Source: Amoebidium appalachense (Eukaryota > Protista > Ichthyosporea). From it: a DNA stretch of 64,000 bases. The notes beneath the pieces were generated by a model, which was not told the DNA's origin, did no database searches, and saw only the letters and a list, made by a program, of their open reading frames with translations. Each line of letters starts with the position of its first letter. Within the stretch, counting starts at the first letter, position 1. Of this stretch, positions 19,004 through 51,716 are shown piece by piece. The position numbers were made by a program, and so were the translations under genes. The DNA lies in contig CAVNZM010000018.1 of assembly GCA_963693365.1 (NCBI GenBank), positions 615,861 through 679,860 of the forward strand. The letters run 5' to 3'.

Positions 19004-19857
19004 TCCCCCCTCCCCCTCCCACACACACACACATACACACCTCACATCCAACCACCCTTCAACCCCTTCAACCCCCCCCCCCCCTTGTGCGCCCCAGGTG
19101 CCGTCCTGATTATCAATGCACAATCGGGCTATTGTTGGCTCGAACCGTGCCACCACTAAGTTCGACGGGCCATTTGTGGTCTTTTCAACCCAAAAGTCGC
19201 TAAACTGACATTCACCACTGCTTTTTTATTTTTTTATATTTTTATATTTTATTTATTTTTTAGGGAATTTATTGAGTTCAGCACTAGAGTGCTTTTTATA
19301 TAAATAGACGGGCACGGACAGCACTACACGTGCCAAAACCAATTAAAGGTTTCACTTAGCAAGGAAACCCCGCACCATCACTGATATTACCATATATCTT
19401 AAACGGTATAATTATTATGGCAACACTGTTTAACGGCCACCACATGTATATTCTTGACATAAAAAAAAAAATCCAACCAAAGCATAATACGAGCATTATG
19501 TTCACCGTTGGGTTAACCAAATTTACACGAGCAACGATATTTATATGTACAATAAAAACATAGCAAAAAGAACTCTTCATTCAGGATTGAGCAGGTATAA
19601 TACTAGAAAAATTGTGTGTTCGATCTCCCATATATACACGTGTGTGTGTGCGCGCATTTTCTGTTTGCAAGGAAAATATGACCATGAATTTGTCTCTCCA
19701 CGCAACGTGCCACATACTTAGCAATCGTCACACTCAAAACCACCAGTACATTCAACAGATACTTTCACGCAAGATATCATCAGAATCAACAAATAAGCAT
19801 GGAACCAATACTATATACGTACATTTAGCATTAACCTAATAACGGCACCCCCGTTGA

Positions 19858-20409
19858 TTATCCCCGGCGGAGGCGGCGAATACTCCTCCGACTTACGCTA
19901 TTGGTGGTGGGGGAGGACCTAACCTCAGGGTTTGAAATGTGCTTCCGGAAACCGGCAATAATTTTGTAATTTTTCCACAAAACCCATGAATTATCCTCCG
20001 AGCCAGAATTCCCAAGAGCCATACCGTTATATTCCGTCAGAGGGTCGGAGAATCGGTTGATCGCTGGAACGCGGTAAACCTTCCCGTCCTTTAGCACTCG
20101 CCCGCACGAGTATGCCATGATTGTGCTAAAACCGTTGTATTTGCACTGGCGATAACCATAATTGGGTCGGTTTTCTGACACGCTATTGGCCCGATCGTGG
20201 TCCAGCCCAAAATTGTGGCCCATTTCGTGGGCCATGGCCGTGCCCCCGAGACATGATTCGTCCAGAACCTGCACGTTGTCAATGTCAGTCAGTGGCTTTA
20301 TCCGACCAAAAAATAAAAATAAAAATAAATAATAGGCAGGGAAAATCATTCACGACGTCATGTTCCCTTGGTACGATCCTCCCCCCTCCCCCCCCTCCTC
20401 CCCCCCCCC

Positions 20410-20440
<31 letters not shown>

Positions 20441-20748
20441 ACTTACCCCCCCCCCCCCCCCCCCCCTTCCCCCCCAACTACCCAACTACCCCCCGGCCCA
20501 TCCTTTCTCCAGGTGTAGAGGTACCCTGTCATAGCTCTTTCCGCTTCGGTTGTTTATTTTTTGTAAGTTTGGTCTTGCGTAAGCGTGATGGTCATACGTG
20601 GATGGGTGGGTGGTGAGAAGTGAATGTTGTGCGGACGGAGATGAGGGAGGTGGGTATATGAGCCAGTATAGTTGCACAGAAAGAAAGAGGTACGGGGGAA
20701 CCCAGAACCACCGATGCAGGGCTTGGTGATGTTCTATTTTTGTTTGTT

Positions 20749-20800
<52 letters not shown>

Positions 20801-20991
20801 TTTTTTTTGGGGGGGGGGGGGGGAGGGGGGGAGGGGAGGATGGCTAGTTGAGGTGCATCGAGTAGAGGGTTCTTTTGTGCTCTTCTGTTTGTGTGTGTTG
20901 GAGAGGTTGGAGTTGGGGAATAGAGGCTGTCCTTTTTTTTTTTTTTTTTTTTTGGGGGGGGGGGGGGGGGGGGAGAGGGGGCGGGGGAGGG

Positions 20992-21022
<31 letters not shown>

Positions 21023-22049
21023 GGGGATAGTATATTACCGAGAAGGCACCATCGGGGTCGACTCCGCCCGCGGCATACCACCCGAGACCTTCGCATGCAC
21101 CGGGCCTAGTGATGTCATTGGTGACGACTTGCACAAGATCAGCGCCATACCGATCCCTCAGCTCGAAGATTTCGTCCAGTTTTCCGTCGCGGTCAGTTAC
21201 GTGATAAAGGGACTGCAAAACACTACCGGGCTCCTGGTAGTCCACCATGCCCATGTAGACGAGATTCATGGTGGCTGGGATGCGGGAGTTATGAAGAGCC
21301 TCGGTCATGAGTGCAACACCGTAACGAATTCTCTGCCGTAGAGTCTCCTCCCCGCTTGCTATTGCAGCCGCCTTCGTATACACCACCATCACATCAATGA
21401 TCTGGTACCCGTTGACGATGTCTGATTCGGAGTCGAAAGATCTAAAATCAGGCGCGAAGTTGTCCACATTGCCATCCTTCTCAATAGGAGCGCTTCGGAG
21501 CATTACCGTATCAGGCGTAAAGTCCGGAAGATCGGTTTCGATGATGTGCACTTGTTCATTCGATGCTTTCTCAGTTGTAAGTTCAAACCTTCTGGCATCC
21601 CCATTCACGTTTAGCACAGCCGTCCCCCAAAACGAAGATCCATTCATGGTTAGGGTTACTACATCGTGTGTGTCATCACTTACCTGTCCCACCCACACAT
21701 CAGCACCATCTTCCTTGTGTATACTGGCCCGATCAACCTTGATGCGGATCCTTTCAGGCTCCAGAGAAAGCAGAATACTTTCCGCATCGTCCAGCGAAAA
21801 ATAAGCTGGTAGGTTTGCGAAATAGGAACCAATGACTTTGTTTCCGCCAATCATTGTTGGCACATCCGTGCCATTAGTCGTGTTTGCTGGCCTTACATCG
21901 GCAAAAAGGTGTGTGCAGTTTTTGCATTCCATCCATTTCAGGCCTGGGTGTTTCTCAGTTGTGTCAACTGAAACGGGTACTGCAAATACGCAAGATTGTG
22001 TGAATAGCAATGCTGCAATGAAGCATCGTGGTATGCAACACAGAGCCAT
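19858..22049 (-). CDS. Secreted metzincin metalloprotease, bacterial-type M12B/reprolysin-like. Exons 22049-21039 and 20268-19858 (about 473 aa)
   Basis: Signal peptide; IDVMVVYT; LRDRYGADLV; zinc motif HEMGHNFGLDH; Met-turn TIMAY. A phase-0 GT-AG intron joins GAFS|VLDESC. Confidence 0.92.
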
Positions 22050-24388
22050 GATGTATATTTGCGAGGGCTAGTCCCCAGCACTAAGTATTGTCAGGATTGA
22101 GAATTAGTTTTACTCAAATCAACTAAATGAGACGTGGTTTTTGGAAAAAAATTATCCTCATCTGGTGTTTGGCTTACCTAGCTAATGCTCTTTGAACAAC
22201 TACCGCTAATGGCAGTATTCAGTTAGAACCTAAACATCAAAAGACGTGCTAACTCAATGCTCTTCGGAACCAAAAAGCAAGATCGCCCCCCCCAAAAATG
22301 GCAATCTCAAAAACACAAAAACGCTCACTGAACAGTGTTGGCGTTCTGGTCACTGATAAACTAGATGTGAGCCGGTTTTATACGTTCATACACAAATGAG
22401 TTATGTGTGGTAACAAAGAGCTGCAACACGTCACAAGGACACGATTGTTAGTACAGCGACTGCTGACATGCGTTTTGATTGGTTACTTCATCTAGTCGGA
22501 ACTGTTTTGCGCAGTTAGGAGCGATGTAAAAATAAACCGTGAGCCAGCCCAGCCGGTTTTATCAGTCAACAACACACTGGCATCATGATAAAGCATCAAC
22601 TTAGAAAAAGTGTTGCAAATGAAATAAACATCTTTGAGGATTTTTTTTGCCATTAAAAAGGAATCTTACTGGTGTCCATGGAGAGCCTATGCACTGAGGA
22701 TAAACTTTCCCAGGGGCGCGGGCCAGTAGCCACCATGATCAGATCTTATGCCCGGGCAGATACGGGCTACAGTACATACACTGCCATGATAGAGGCAGTC
22801 CACAGGCTGGAACCCAATAAACCTCTTTGGAGCTATCAAGGAAAAGATGATTTGATATACACCACTGAATTATGTTGCATACATAAGTTCTACAAGGGGC
22901 GTAGCACTAATTTTAGGTGACTGTCTCGTCACTACATACAGTAAGGTGTCGGTTGAGCATTGGTGTGAGGGTGGCTCATGAGTGGTGGACCTAGAGGGGG
23001 GTAAAAGCATCTAATGGGAGCTGTTTGATTGGCTCCTTACGCAACAGCCACGGCAGCGAGGACCGCAGCCCATAACACCGTAATAATGAAATAGATGGAT
23101 AAATCCTTCTCTGATGGGAACTTTTCAAACGAGCCTTCTGATAAAATACGTTTATTTATAGGCCTCGTATTGTGAATAAAAAGGCAAGTAACTGTCTGCG
23201 ATATGATAACTATCACCGCCTGTGACTCTGATACACTGATGCACAGCCGATTGGACCATTCCGATGTGGTGCAGGCTCCACCAATTATAATTCCCAAAAT
23301 ATGGCGCGCAGCGCGCTTATTTGAGCAGGGAAACGACCCGGCAGCTCCGAAAACGCAACTTCTTCGTTACCCAAGCGTGTGCTGTGCATGTTCCTCACTG
23401 ATCAATATACATGTGTAGATCCTGTGCCGTGCCTAAAAATAGCATCATGATGTTATACATACATAGTACGTCTATATATGAATGAGACCTTGTTACAAAT
23501 GCATGTAGCGCGCGTATGGATATTCTTCAAGCTTTAAAACTAACATCCATTGGCCACTCATGCACAGTAATTATCAAAAATTATGATGATAATTTGCACA
23601 TGGCAGCCCATGGCCAGGTTTTTTTTTATAATGACAAGTGCAACGCATTGATTTTACGGCCTAGGTGCTGGTGACGTTCTTGCAACCCGCACCGTGTAGA
23701 TACCTAAATAAACTAGACACACAAACAGAAAGGAGGGTATTTTTTACGTTCGTGTACATATCTACATATATGGGCAACTATATATGAACAGACTTCCGTG
23801 CACATGTACAATCACGATATTGAGTTGTCCTATATGTAGGCATATGCTCCTCAGATGTGTACTGTCCACTCAAGATCTGTCTGTGTGGGTGGGGTGCAAC
23901 ATATACCTTTTTTCCATTTACTATCGAGCTCTGGCATCAGCTTGCAGCAGCTGCTGGACTGTCTTTAATTTACACGTGTGTGAGTTCGATCGACTTGTCA
24001 CCAGCCGTATGTAACTTTTCCTGCTGGAGCTGCTTGCTAGAGAGCCCGTGCGTGCAGGCGGCCAGCTAAAGCTGATACTTTGACTATTCGGTTTTATATT
24101 TAGTAAAACACACGTGCCTACACAAGGACAACAATTTGGAAACTCTGGCAGGTGCAATTGCAGTTGTGCTAGTCGAGGTCCTGCCGGCAACATTTCTGAA
24201 TAAAATGATTTCAAAACGGACAGGCTATGAAATTCTACTGCACGGGAGGGGGGGGGGGGGGGGGGGACTTAGAGAGAGAGGGAGCCTCGGAGAGAGAGAG
24301 AGAGAGCCTCGGGGGGGGGGAAGAGGGGGGGGAGGGGGGGGGGGGAGAGAGAGAGAGAGAGAGAGAGAGAGCCTCGGAGGGGGGAAAG

Positions 24389-24499
<111 letters not shown>

Positions 24500-24765
24500 A
24501 GAGGGGGGGGGGGGGGGGGGGGGGGACTCCCTGGGGGCCTTGGGCAGGAGGGGTCGAAGAAGGAAAAATGGGGTGGAGTGGGGGGGGTGGGGAGGGCCTG
24601 AGGGAATCGATTGAAAAGAGGGAAAAGGGGAGGCGGGGGCTGGGATATCGATGGGCTGTGGTTAACCCTGAGGCCGTGAGGAGGGGGAGGGAGGGGCACA
24701 GACATGGCAATTTCCATATAGGCTCGGGGGGAGGGGAGGGGGGGGGGGGGGGGGGGGCACACACA

Positions 24766-24802
<37 letters not shown>

Positions 24803-24983
24803 CCACACCCACACCCACACAACACACCCACACAACACACCCACACACACTTGTACAAATCCTATTAATACACATACACATGCACACGCTGCATGCCTCT
24901 TGCACACACACCGACACATAGGCACAAGGTGCACCGGTGTGCATTCATCTAGACACAACCTTACACCCTTTAACCGTCAGTAG

Positions 24984-25021
<38 letters not shown>

Positions 25022-25154
25022 TCCTCCCCCCTCTCTCTCCCTTTCCCATCTTTCCCACTCTCTCATGGTATACCCATTTGCATAGGCATTCACCCACACA
25101 ATACCATGTCCACACACATGCCATAGTTCCTGAGGGATATCCGCAGACAGACAT

Positions 25155-25207
<53 letters not shown>

Positions 25208-25215
25208 ACACACAC

Positions 25216-25538
25216 AAACTCATACGCCTAGTACAAACCCCCCCCCCCCCCCTCCCCCCTTCCCCCCCCCTCCCCCCTTTCCCCCTAAGAATGGGCTCTG
25301 CATGAAAAGCATACCCACGGTGAGCACTTTGGAATCTGTGTGTGTTATCTGTGCTGAAAGTGCACTTCATCCTCTGTAACACATTCTAACCCCCCTTCCC
25401 CTTTGCTCAAAAAAAAAAAAAAAAAAAAGAATAGGAAGAAGACACCTGCCCTTGCGCTTGTACACACGTACGCCTGCACACGACACATGCGCCCGTGCGC
25501 GCTCGCGCACACGCACATACACGCGCGCGCGCACAAAC

Positions 25539-25605
<67 letters not shown>

Positions 25606-25620
25606 CATACGCCTAGTACA
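25216..25620 (+). mobile_element. 365-bp insertion (25236-25600) with a 20-bp TSD and (CA)n 3' tail; inverted copy of PPR intron sequence at about 28515-28788
   Basis: aaactcatacgcctagtaca at 25216-25235 and 25601-25620. The insert is the reverse complement of about 28515-28788 with few substitutions. Confidence 0.8.
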
Positions 25621-25697
25621 TACCGCACTCATAGTTGGAGAAACACAGAAGCAAAATGCGTGTAAATTTAAAGCACTCAGGGGAGGAGGGCCGGGGG

Positions 25698-25740
<43 letters not shown>

Positions 25741-26298
25741 AGACGTGATAGGGTAACTAATACAACCACTGCTTACTACAATGTTTGCAGATTCACACCA
25801 ACTAGTATACAATAAATGAAAGGCGTCTGCAAAACACACAAACCCGCGGTGGTGCATGAAAAGATACCTACTACAAAAAGTCCTTACCACAATCTTTCGA
25901 GAGAAGCAACAATACGGTGTATGAAACAAACCACGCCACATACATCAACACATTAACACAAAACCACTATAAGGCGCAACGATACATGCACGAGGGCGAG
26001 ATCACACCTGAGATCACGTGCAGACCTGAGCTTCGCAGGCAGAAGTCAGAGCTGCATACCTGCCGTATAGATTTTTATATTTAAAAATTTGACTTTAAAT
26101 GGCATACATGCTTCTCTTACCATTCTTTCTTTTTCCTTTGAAAGATACATTCGACATATGTCTGTTCAGGTAAATCCTATACATAACATATACAACTGTA
26201 AGATAATGCAATGAATAAATTCTACCCACAGGAAGTTTACAAAGTCTTTTGCGAAAAGGGCCATTCGTGCAGTAATGAATATCATAGAAGTTCGCAGT

Positions 26299-26342
<44 letters not shown>

Positions 26343-26609
26343 ACCACCACACACCCACACCCACGCACCCACGCACCTGCCCGCCCACACACACCGTTCA
26401 ACGGAATAAAAACAGTTCCTGCATGCCTATAATCTGCAATTTATAACTGCACATATTTCCAGTTGAAACGAAAAATCTCACCAACCCTTATCAAATGCGA
26501 TTCTAATCTTGGGCGAACCAGGACTTCTTAAGACCATGTCCAAACCGGTCGTCAAATATCACATAATCCAACACTATCATACCCTTTACAACAATTGCGC
26601 ATAACTACA

Positions 26610-41081
<14,472 letters not shown>

Positions 41082-43369
41082 CTTCAATTGCCTAAGGGAT
41101 GGTGTGTTAGAGAAAAAAACCTATATGACGCTAAAAGGACATGATATTATGCTAACTCGACAGTAAATATAGAACAATAAACGAATTCACTAAGCACAAC
41201 ACAAACTGACCGTAGACTACACAAGAAGTTCTTAGACAGGGGCTTGGACCACCGGGCTCGAGGGTGTACATGCGGCCCGTTTGCGCAATCATCAGGTCAT
41301 GTTTGATTGGCTATCTCTTTTTCTTGCAGTTTTGATCCAATCGTTACAGACGTTATATAGCTATATATAGTAATTACGCGAAACGACTTCTCAAGACTAC
41401 AAGAGCGCACGCGCACAGGGTTCGAAGGACGGTGGAGCCCATTAACGGAAGTCGAAATCCCGTTTCGGAAAACCTCTTCGAAAATCGGAATGCTCCGTCA
41501 AAGCAGGCCCACCAAAAATCGTAATCGTCGCGCATCAGTAAACTAGGGCATGCTTATTTGTGCCTATCATGCATCAAAATGTTATTATAATGCATACTCA
41601 AAAACCCCTGTGGTTATTAGAGGCCTTCCTGGTGTTGGCAGTTGAAGCTTTGAAGGAATAAAAGGGAAATATGAAGTGCATTAATGCACACACTATATAT
41701 ATACACTTTGTCTACGTATATACGTACGGTCACGTCCTCTTACACATATGTGCGGCAGTGCCAGTGTATATGAGGATATATACTATGTGTGCATATGTAT
41801 CTAGTTCCTGTGTGTGTCACTGTGTCCGTGGCCTTATTTTTTCCCAGTGCACGCATTTTCTTTTATTTGATGAACATATGCATGATCATGAATCATGTTA
41901 CGAATGGACGTATTACGCAATTTGTGCCTTCCCCGATTCGGATTGGGTCCCTGAAGGGGGGGGGGGGGGGGGGGGGGGGGGGAAAGAAAATTACGTTGGG
42001 TGGTTGTGTTTGTGTTTGTGTGTGTGTGAATATTTTTCACTTTGCAATTGTGTGTGTGTGTGTGGTGGGTATGTATGCACGGTGTGTGTGTCTGTGTGTA
42101 TGTGTACAGGTGTGGGTGTGTGTATTTGTGTCAGCGGTAATCGGTGTGTGTGTGTTCATATATATGTTGTGTGCATGCGTGCACATGTGCACGTGTGTGT
42201 GGGTGTGGGTGTGTGTGTGCATGACATTGTGTGCATGTGTGTGTGTGTTTTGTGTCAACGGTTATGGTGTGTGTGTATGTATGTCCAGTTTGTGTATGTA
42301 TGTGTGTGTGTGTGCAGTGTGGTGTGTATGTATGCAGGGTGTGTGTGTCTGTGTATGTGTGTGTACATGCCAGTGTGGGTGTGTGTGTTTGTACCAACGG
42401 TTTCTTGACAATGTGTGTGTGTGTGTGTTTGTGTGTGTGTGTGCGTGTGCCAGGGGGTGTGTGTGCGTGCGCCGTGTACATGGTGTGTGCGTGCGGTGTA
42501 AGTGTGTGTGTGTGTGTGTGTGTGTGTTTGTGTGGGTGGGTGGGTGCATAGCATGTGATTGTGGGTGGATGCATGTGCACGTTTGTAATACAGTTATCAT
42601 GCATGATCTGAGATAGTATGTGCCTGTGCACGTGTACTAGCCTAGGTCACGTGTGGTGGCACAGCTGTGCCTGTATGTGCATGTGTGTCTTTGAACGAAA
42701 CACAGTGGTTCACAGTGTGTGTATTGCCTGCCTTTTAAGACGCGTGCCACTGATCGTGATACACGTGGCACCTGCACCAGTGTCCGTCGACTCTGAGCAT
42801 CTAGATCCATTCCATATCTAGGCCTTCCTGGGGAGGAAGGGGGGGGGGGGGGGGGGGGGTACTAGTTGGGGGGGGGGGGGGGAGGGGATGGATTCCTGAG
42901 AGGGGGGGAGGGGAGGGGGGAGGGATGAGGCCGGAGCGGCGGTGGGGGAGAAGGAGGGGCAGCATTGGTGGAGGGAACGGTGGGCAGCGGAGGAGGGGGG
43001 AATGGGGTTCGATTTCTGGGGGGGGGAAGTTTTGAAGTGGAGGCCGGCCTAGCCTATAGGCATGCGCAGGCATATGCATTGTATGTTCATATGGCCATGC
43101 ATGGCTATGATGCATATATGGTGTCACGGCTGTGTGTGTGTGAATGTTTGTGTGTGTGTCTGTGTGTGTGTGTGTGTGCGCGCGCGCGCGTGGGTGTGCA
43201 TAAATGTGTTTGGTGTGACAACATGTACATGTGCTAGGCTGGCGCTATAGTCAGGGTCTGCCATTGAACATTCTACAGGGACAGGGAGACACGTACGTAC
43301 GTGTGCAGCTTGTGTGGGCGGTGTATGCCCCGTGTATGATGAGACCTGCGAAGTCATGAGAAGCTTCCC

Positions 43370-43416
<47 letters not shown>

Positions 43417-44032
43417 CTCTCGGGCGTTCCGATTCGGCCGGGACGATTTTCGGAACTGTGTTTTCAAATATCGGAAATTCCGATTTTTTTTTCGTAACTT
43501 CGAACCCTGCACGCGCACGTATACGTCTCAGTTTTTCTGGAGTTTTGCTCTGGAACAAGTGTGCACATATTATTGTGAAAGGCAATACCCAGGCAAAAAA
43601 AAGGTAGGTATTAAAGGAGAGCTGTATGTGCTCGTGTGTGCTGGGGATGGTAGGCGGGTGTGGGGGGGAGGATGCGGAGGGTTAGTTGAACAACAGAAAG
43701 GGGTGGACGGGTAGGTGTGAAAGTGTCGGGTTACGTGGAGTGTACGGTTACAACAGTTATGCTATAAGGTTTTGTAAAGGAGGGCGAGCCTGTGTGTGTG
43801 TGTGGGAGGGCGGGAGGGGGGAGGGGGAGGGTAGCATGCGCGCACGCGAGAGGACCGAGGGCGGGTGCAGCGGAGGAGGAGGAGAAGGGGGAGAAGGGGT
43901 GGAGGCGAAAGGGGAGTTTGAGATAGCTTTAGACTGGGATCAAACGAGAGCAAAAGAAAATGAAAAGGGGGGAGGAGGGGAGTTGTGGCATTGGTGTTTA
44001 TTTGAGGGGGCGCCGGGCCCGGGGAGTGGTGT

Positions 44033-44095
<63 letters not shown>

Positions 44096-44312
44096 AGGAT
44101 TTCCGGATTAAGCGAGTCACGATCATAACAGTGCCTGGTCATGGTGAGAAATGGGACGTGCAGATATGAACGATTGGTTAACCTGATAACAGACCCTTCT
44201 TGATTTAAGAGCAACACATTACTAAAACCTCGCTCCCAGCCGCAACACACTCGAGGACCCACGCTCACACTTAGACAGGCAACACACTAAAACATCATCA
44301 ACACCCGTACAG

Positions 44313-48390
<4,078 letters not shown>

Positions 48391-49202
48391 TAATATGTGC
48401 ATGCGTTGATGCAGTGTGCAAAATTCTGTATTTAGTATTTGAAATTTACGAATGTAAGATCACGCTGCATTATGAGATTACCTAAACCACTTGTAAACTA
48501 ATCCCTCCCCCCTCCCCCTCCCCTCCCCCCCCACACAAACACACCCAAAAAAAAACAAAAAAAACAAAAAAAAAACACTCACCTACCCGAAAATCACCCC
48601 ACAACTCATATAAACACCACACTCCGCCGGTTCACAAGCACAGCCCATTTAGTTATCCGGTTTGTTATTTAATTCGCATCTTGTATTTTAGGTCATTTGA
48701 CATCATTGTTGACCCAGTTTATGTGATGTTTGAGACTTCCACACAGACCTGTTTTATTAGCATATCAGAAAGCAAGGAACGGATTCAATTTGGATGTGTT
48801 GGAGGAACTGTGCTGTGTTTTCCAAAACGTCTGCAGAATGGTGTTGTGTGAAACATTTCGTTTTGAAGTTTTTGAAGTTTTCCTTACATACGAGTTCTGC
48901 AGAGTGAGTGCTTATAAAAGAGCTACCATTGTCCTCTAGAGGTTTAAAAAGTCGCAATTGCCGTTACGATAATAAAACGAAACGTGTGGTTTACTGCAAT
49001 GATATAAACAATGTACGAAATTTATGTGCCTTTTCCTGCCTACATGCAACCGATTTCTCACTTTGGCCATGGGGCTGTGCATCCATATTCGCAGTTTGGG
49101 AAAGGTGCCGATCGCCTGCCGGTGCACACACAGACATCGACGTGGGTTTTGGTGGCCGTGGGTGTAATGATGGTGTGTGTGTGTGTGTGTGTGTGTTTTT
49201 TT

Positions 49203-49243
<41 letters not shown>

Positions 49244-49256
49244 CCCGGATCCGGAG

Positions 49257-49445
49257 GGGTTTGAATGCGTAATGAAGTACTAAGTACACATAAACAAAGG
49301 ACAACACGATGCAGAGTGCATTTAAACCACACATAACTTATATTGGTATGCAAAATAAACAGAGCCCATCCTCAGAGAGGGCCCACGTCATCCACAGTAC
49401 CCTAGTTTCGACCCATTCACCTCAACGAAACCCAACACAGATACT
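49257..49445. repeat. Isolated monomer of the PPR-intron repeat family
   Basis: ggggtttgaatgcg...cagagcccatcctcagagagggcccacgtcatccacagtacc...gtttcgaccc. Confidence 0.8.
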
Positions 49446-49882
49446 GTTTGTGTGTGGGTGGGTGGGTGGGTGGGTGTTTGGGGGGGGGGGGGGGGGGATA
49501 CAGTATTTCGTTACACCACACCAACGAAATTCAAAATGCACGTGTGCAGCGGAACGAAACATTTGCATGCAACATTTACATAACGAGTGTCTGTAAATAT
49601 GCATGACATTGGGCGGTGCTCAACCTAAGGGGTACAGAAGTAATCCACCAAATTTGGATGTGGGTGTGCCATCCAATGGAGGTCTTGATCAGAGACAAGG
49701 AGGAGGTATATCTGAGCACATAGCTATGAGGTAAAATAGGCAAGGAACACACGTCACGGGTGTATTTGTGTCTGTGTGTCTGTGTGTGTGTGTGTGTGCG
49801 CGCGCGTTTGTGTGCGTGCGTGTACACGTCTGTGCGCATGCGCGCACACATGTCTGTGTCTGTGTGTACGTGCGTAACACGT

Positions 49883-49916
<34 letters not shown>

Positions 49917-50296
49917 GGGTGCGGGCGTGGTTGCATGCGTGTGTGTGTATGTATGTGTGTGTGCGTGTGTGCTTGTGTGCATGTGTGCATTTATGTACGC
50001 ATTCGCCCGCATGTGTGGTGGCGACGGGAAGGGGGAAGGGAGAAGCAATACCGGAAAGATACATGCAGAAAAAGTACATACACTTTTTATTAATTATGTA
50101 TTTTTTTGCTCTAAGTAACCGCATCGCTTGCATAATCTCATATTTCATTCTCCCTATACCCTGACGAGCTAAAAAAAATCTTGCACTCATTTTGGACGCC
50201 TTTGGGCCTGCACTGCCCATAGGGGGTCCTTCAGTGGGATTTTGGCTGACGCATGTTCTCCCCATACTCTTGCCGGGAAATTGTCATCGGGTGGCG

Positions 50297-51210
50297 TTAC
50301 TTCTTCCTGCACAGGGGAGAGAGACGGTCAACATATGCAGACAGAAATTGTTTTTATGACACCAACATACGTATTCTGGAAACACAAGTGTACTGATCAC
50401 GAGAAGACAAGGGTTCGACTCTGATTTGCATCAGGTATAAACCTCCCCCCGACTCTGATTTGCAAGAGGTATACGCCCCCCCCCCCGACTCTGATTTGCA
50501 TCAGGTATAATCCCCCTCCCCCCCCCCCAAACACACACCTACACCCACACCCACACCCACACCCACACCCACAACACACAACACACACACACACAACCCT
50601 CCCCATTTGTAACTACACTCCCACATACGGGCCACCAATTAAGGCCTAGAACTATGAACCAAAGCCTAGCTAGCGGTGAGGGGGTAAAGCTCCTCTGAAT
50701 CCAACACTAGCTCTTTAGATCTCTAGAGGGGCTGTGTGTGGTTTACACAGCTAGCACTGTGAGTGGCACGTGTGCATGTGCGTGTAAGCATTTCTCGCTG
50801 GTGAAAGTGTGCCCGTGTAGTGTGTGTGCATGTGGTTCTTGTTCTGAAAACTCGGTGTGAGTGCGGGCGGGCCTGCTTCGCGCGCGCGTGTGTGTCTGTC
50901 TATCTGTCTGTGTGTGTGTGTGTGTGTGTCTGTCTATCTGTCTGTGTGTGTCTGCCCGTGCGCGCAAGTAGGTGCGGACTTATCATCACAAAATTCACAC
51001 ATTTAACAAAAACATACATGCCTCCTCCCCTCCCTCCACCAACCGCTTCCCCCTCCCCCTCCCCCCCACCAAAAGGGAAAAAAAAAACCTTATCATACCA
51101 CATAACACACAGCCTACAAACACACACACACACTCACACATGCCCCCCCCCCCCCCCCAACACACACACACACAGAGCTTACTGCCCAGGCACACACAAC
51201 CAACCACACC

Positions 51211-51242
<32 letters not shown>

Positions 51243-51716
51243 AGAGTCATCTGCCCAGGCACACACAACCAACCACACCTCCCCCGCCCCACACACACAC
51301 AGAGCCATCTACCCAGGCACACACAACCAACCACACCTCCCCCCCCCCCCCCCCCCACACACACACACAGAGCCATCTGCCCAGGCACACACAACCAACC
51401 ACACCTCCCCCCCCCCCCACACACACACACAGAGCCACCTGCCCAGGCACACACAACCAACCACCCCCCCCCCCCACACACACACACAGAGCCATCTGCA
51501 CAGGCACACACAACCAACCACACCTCCCCCCCCTCCCCACACACAGAGCCATCTGCACAGGCACACACAACCAGCCACACCCTCCCACACACACACGTAC
51601 TTGTCTCTCCGATCTGCCTTAACTGCGTTGATGTAGTGGTATGCCACTATGCACAGGAAGATGGCTGCCCCCGTGTAGTTGGCAAAGTTCGTTAGGTGGT
51701 GGTCTTCGATCTCCAT
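50297..51716 (-). CDS. OST4: Oligosaccharyltransferase subunit OST4 (41 aa). Exons 51716-51601 and 50306-50297
   Basis: MEIEDHHLTNFANYTGAAIFLCIVAYHYINAVKADRRDKKK matches the OST4 pattern I.D.QL..FAN.LG...F.L.V.YHY. The last exon is inferred from a phase-2 acceptor. Confidence 0.85.
51150..51595 (+). repeat. Minisatellite, about 7 units of about 60 bp, in the OST4 intron
   Basis: Repeated cacagagccatctgcccaggcacacacaaccaaccacacctcccc. Confidence 0.9.

Noticed and set aside
22672-24230. Short ORFs in unique sequence upstream of the protease
   Set aside because: No recognisable motifs or consistent splice structure.
50412-50510. tRNA B-box-like GGTTCGACTC
   Set aside because: No cloverleaf or A-box; it is part of a short triple repeat of gactctgatttgca.
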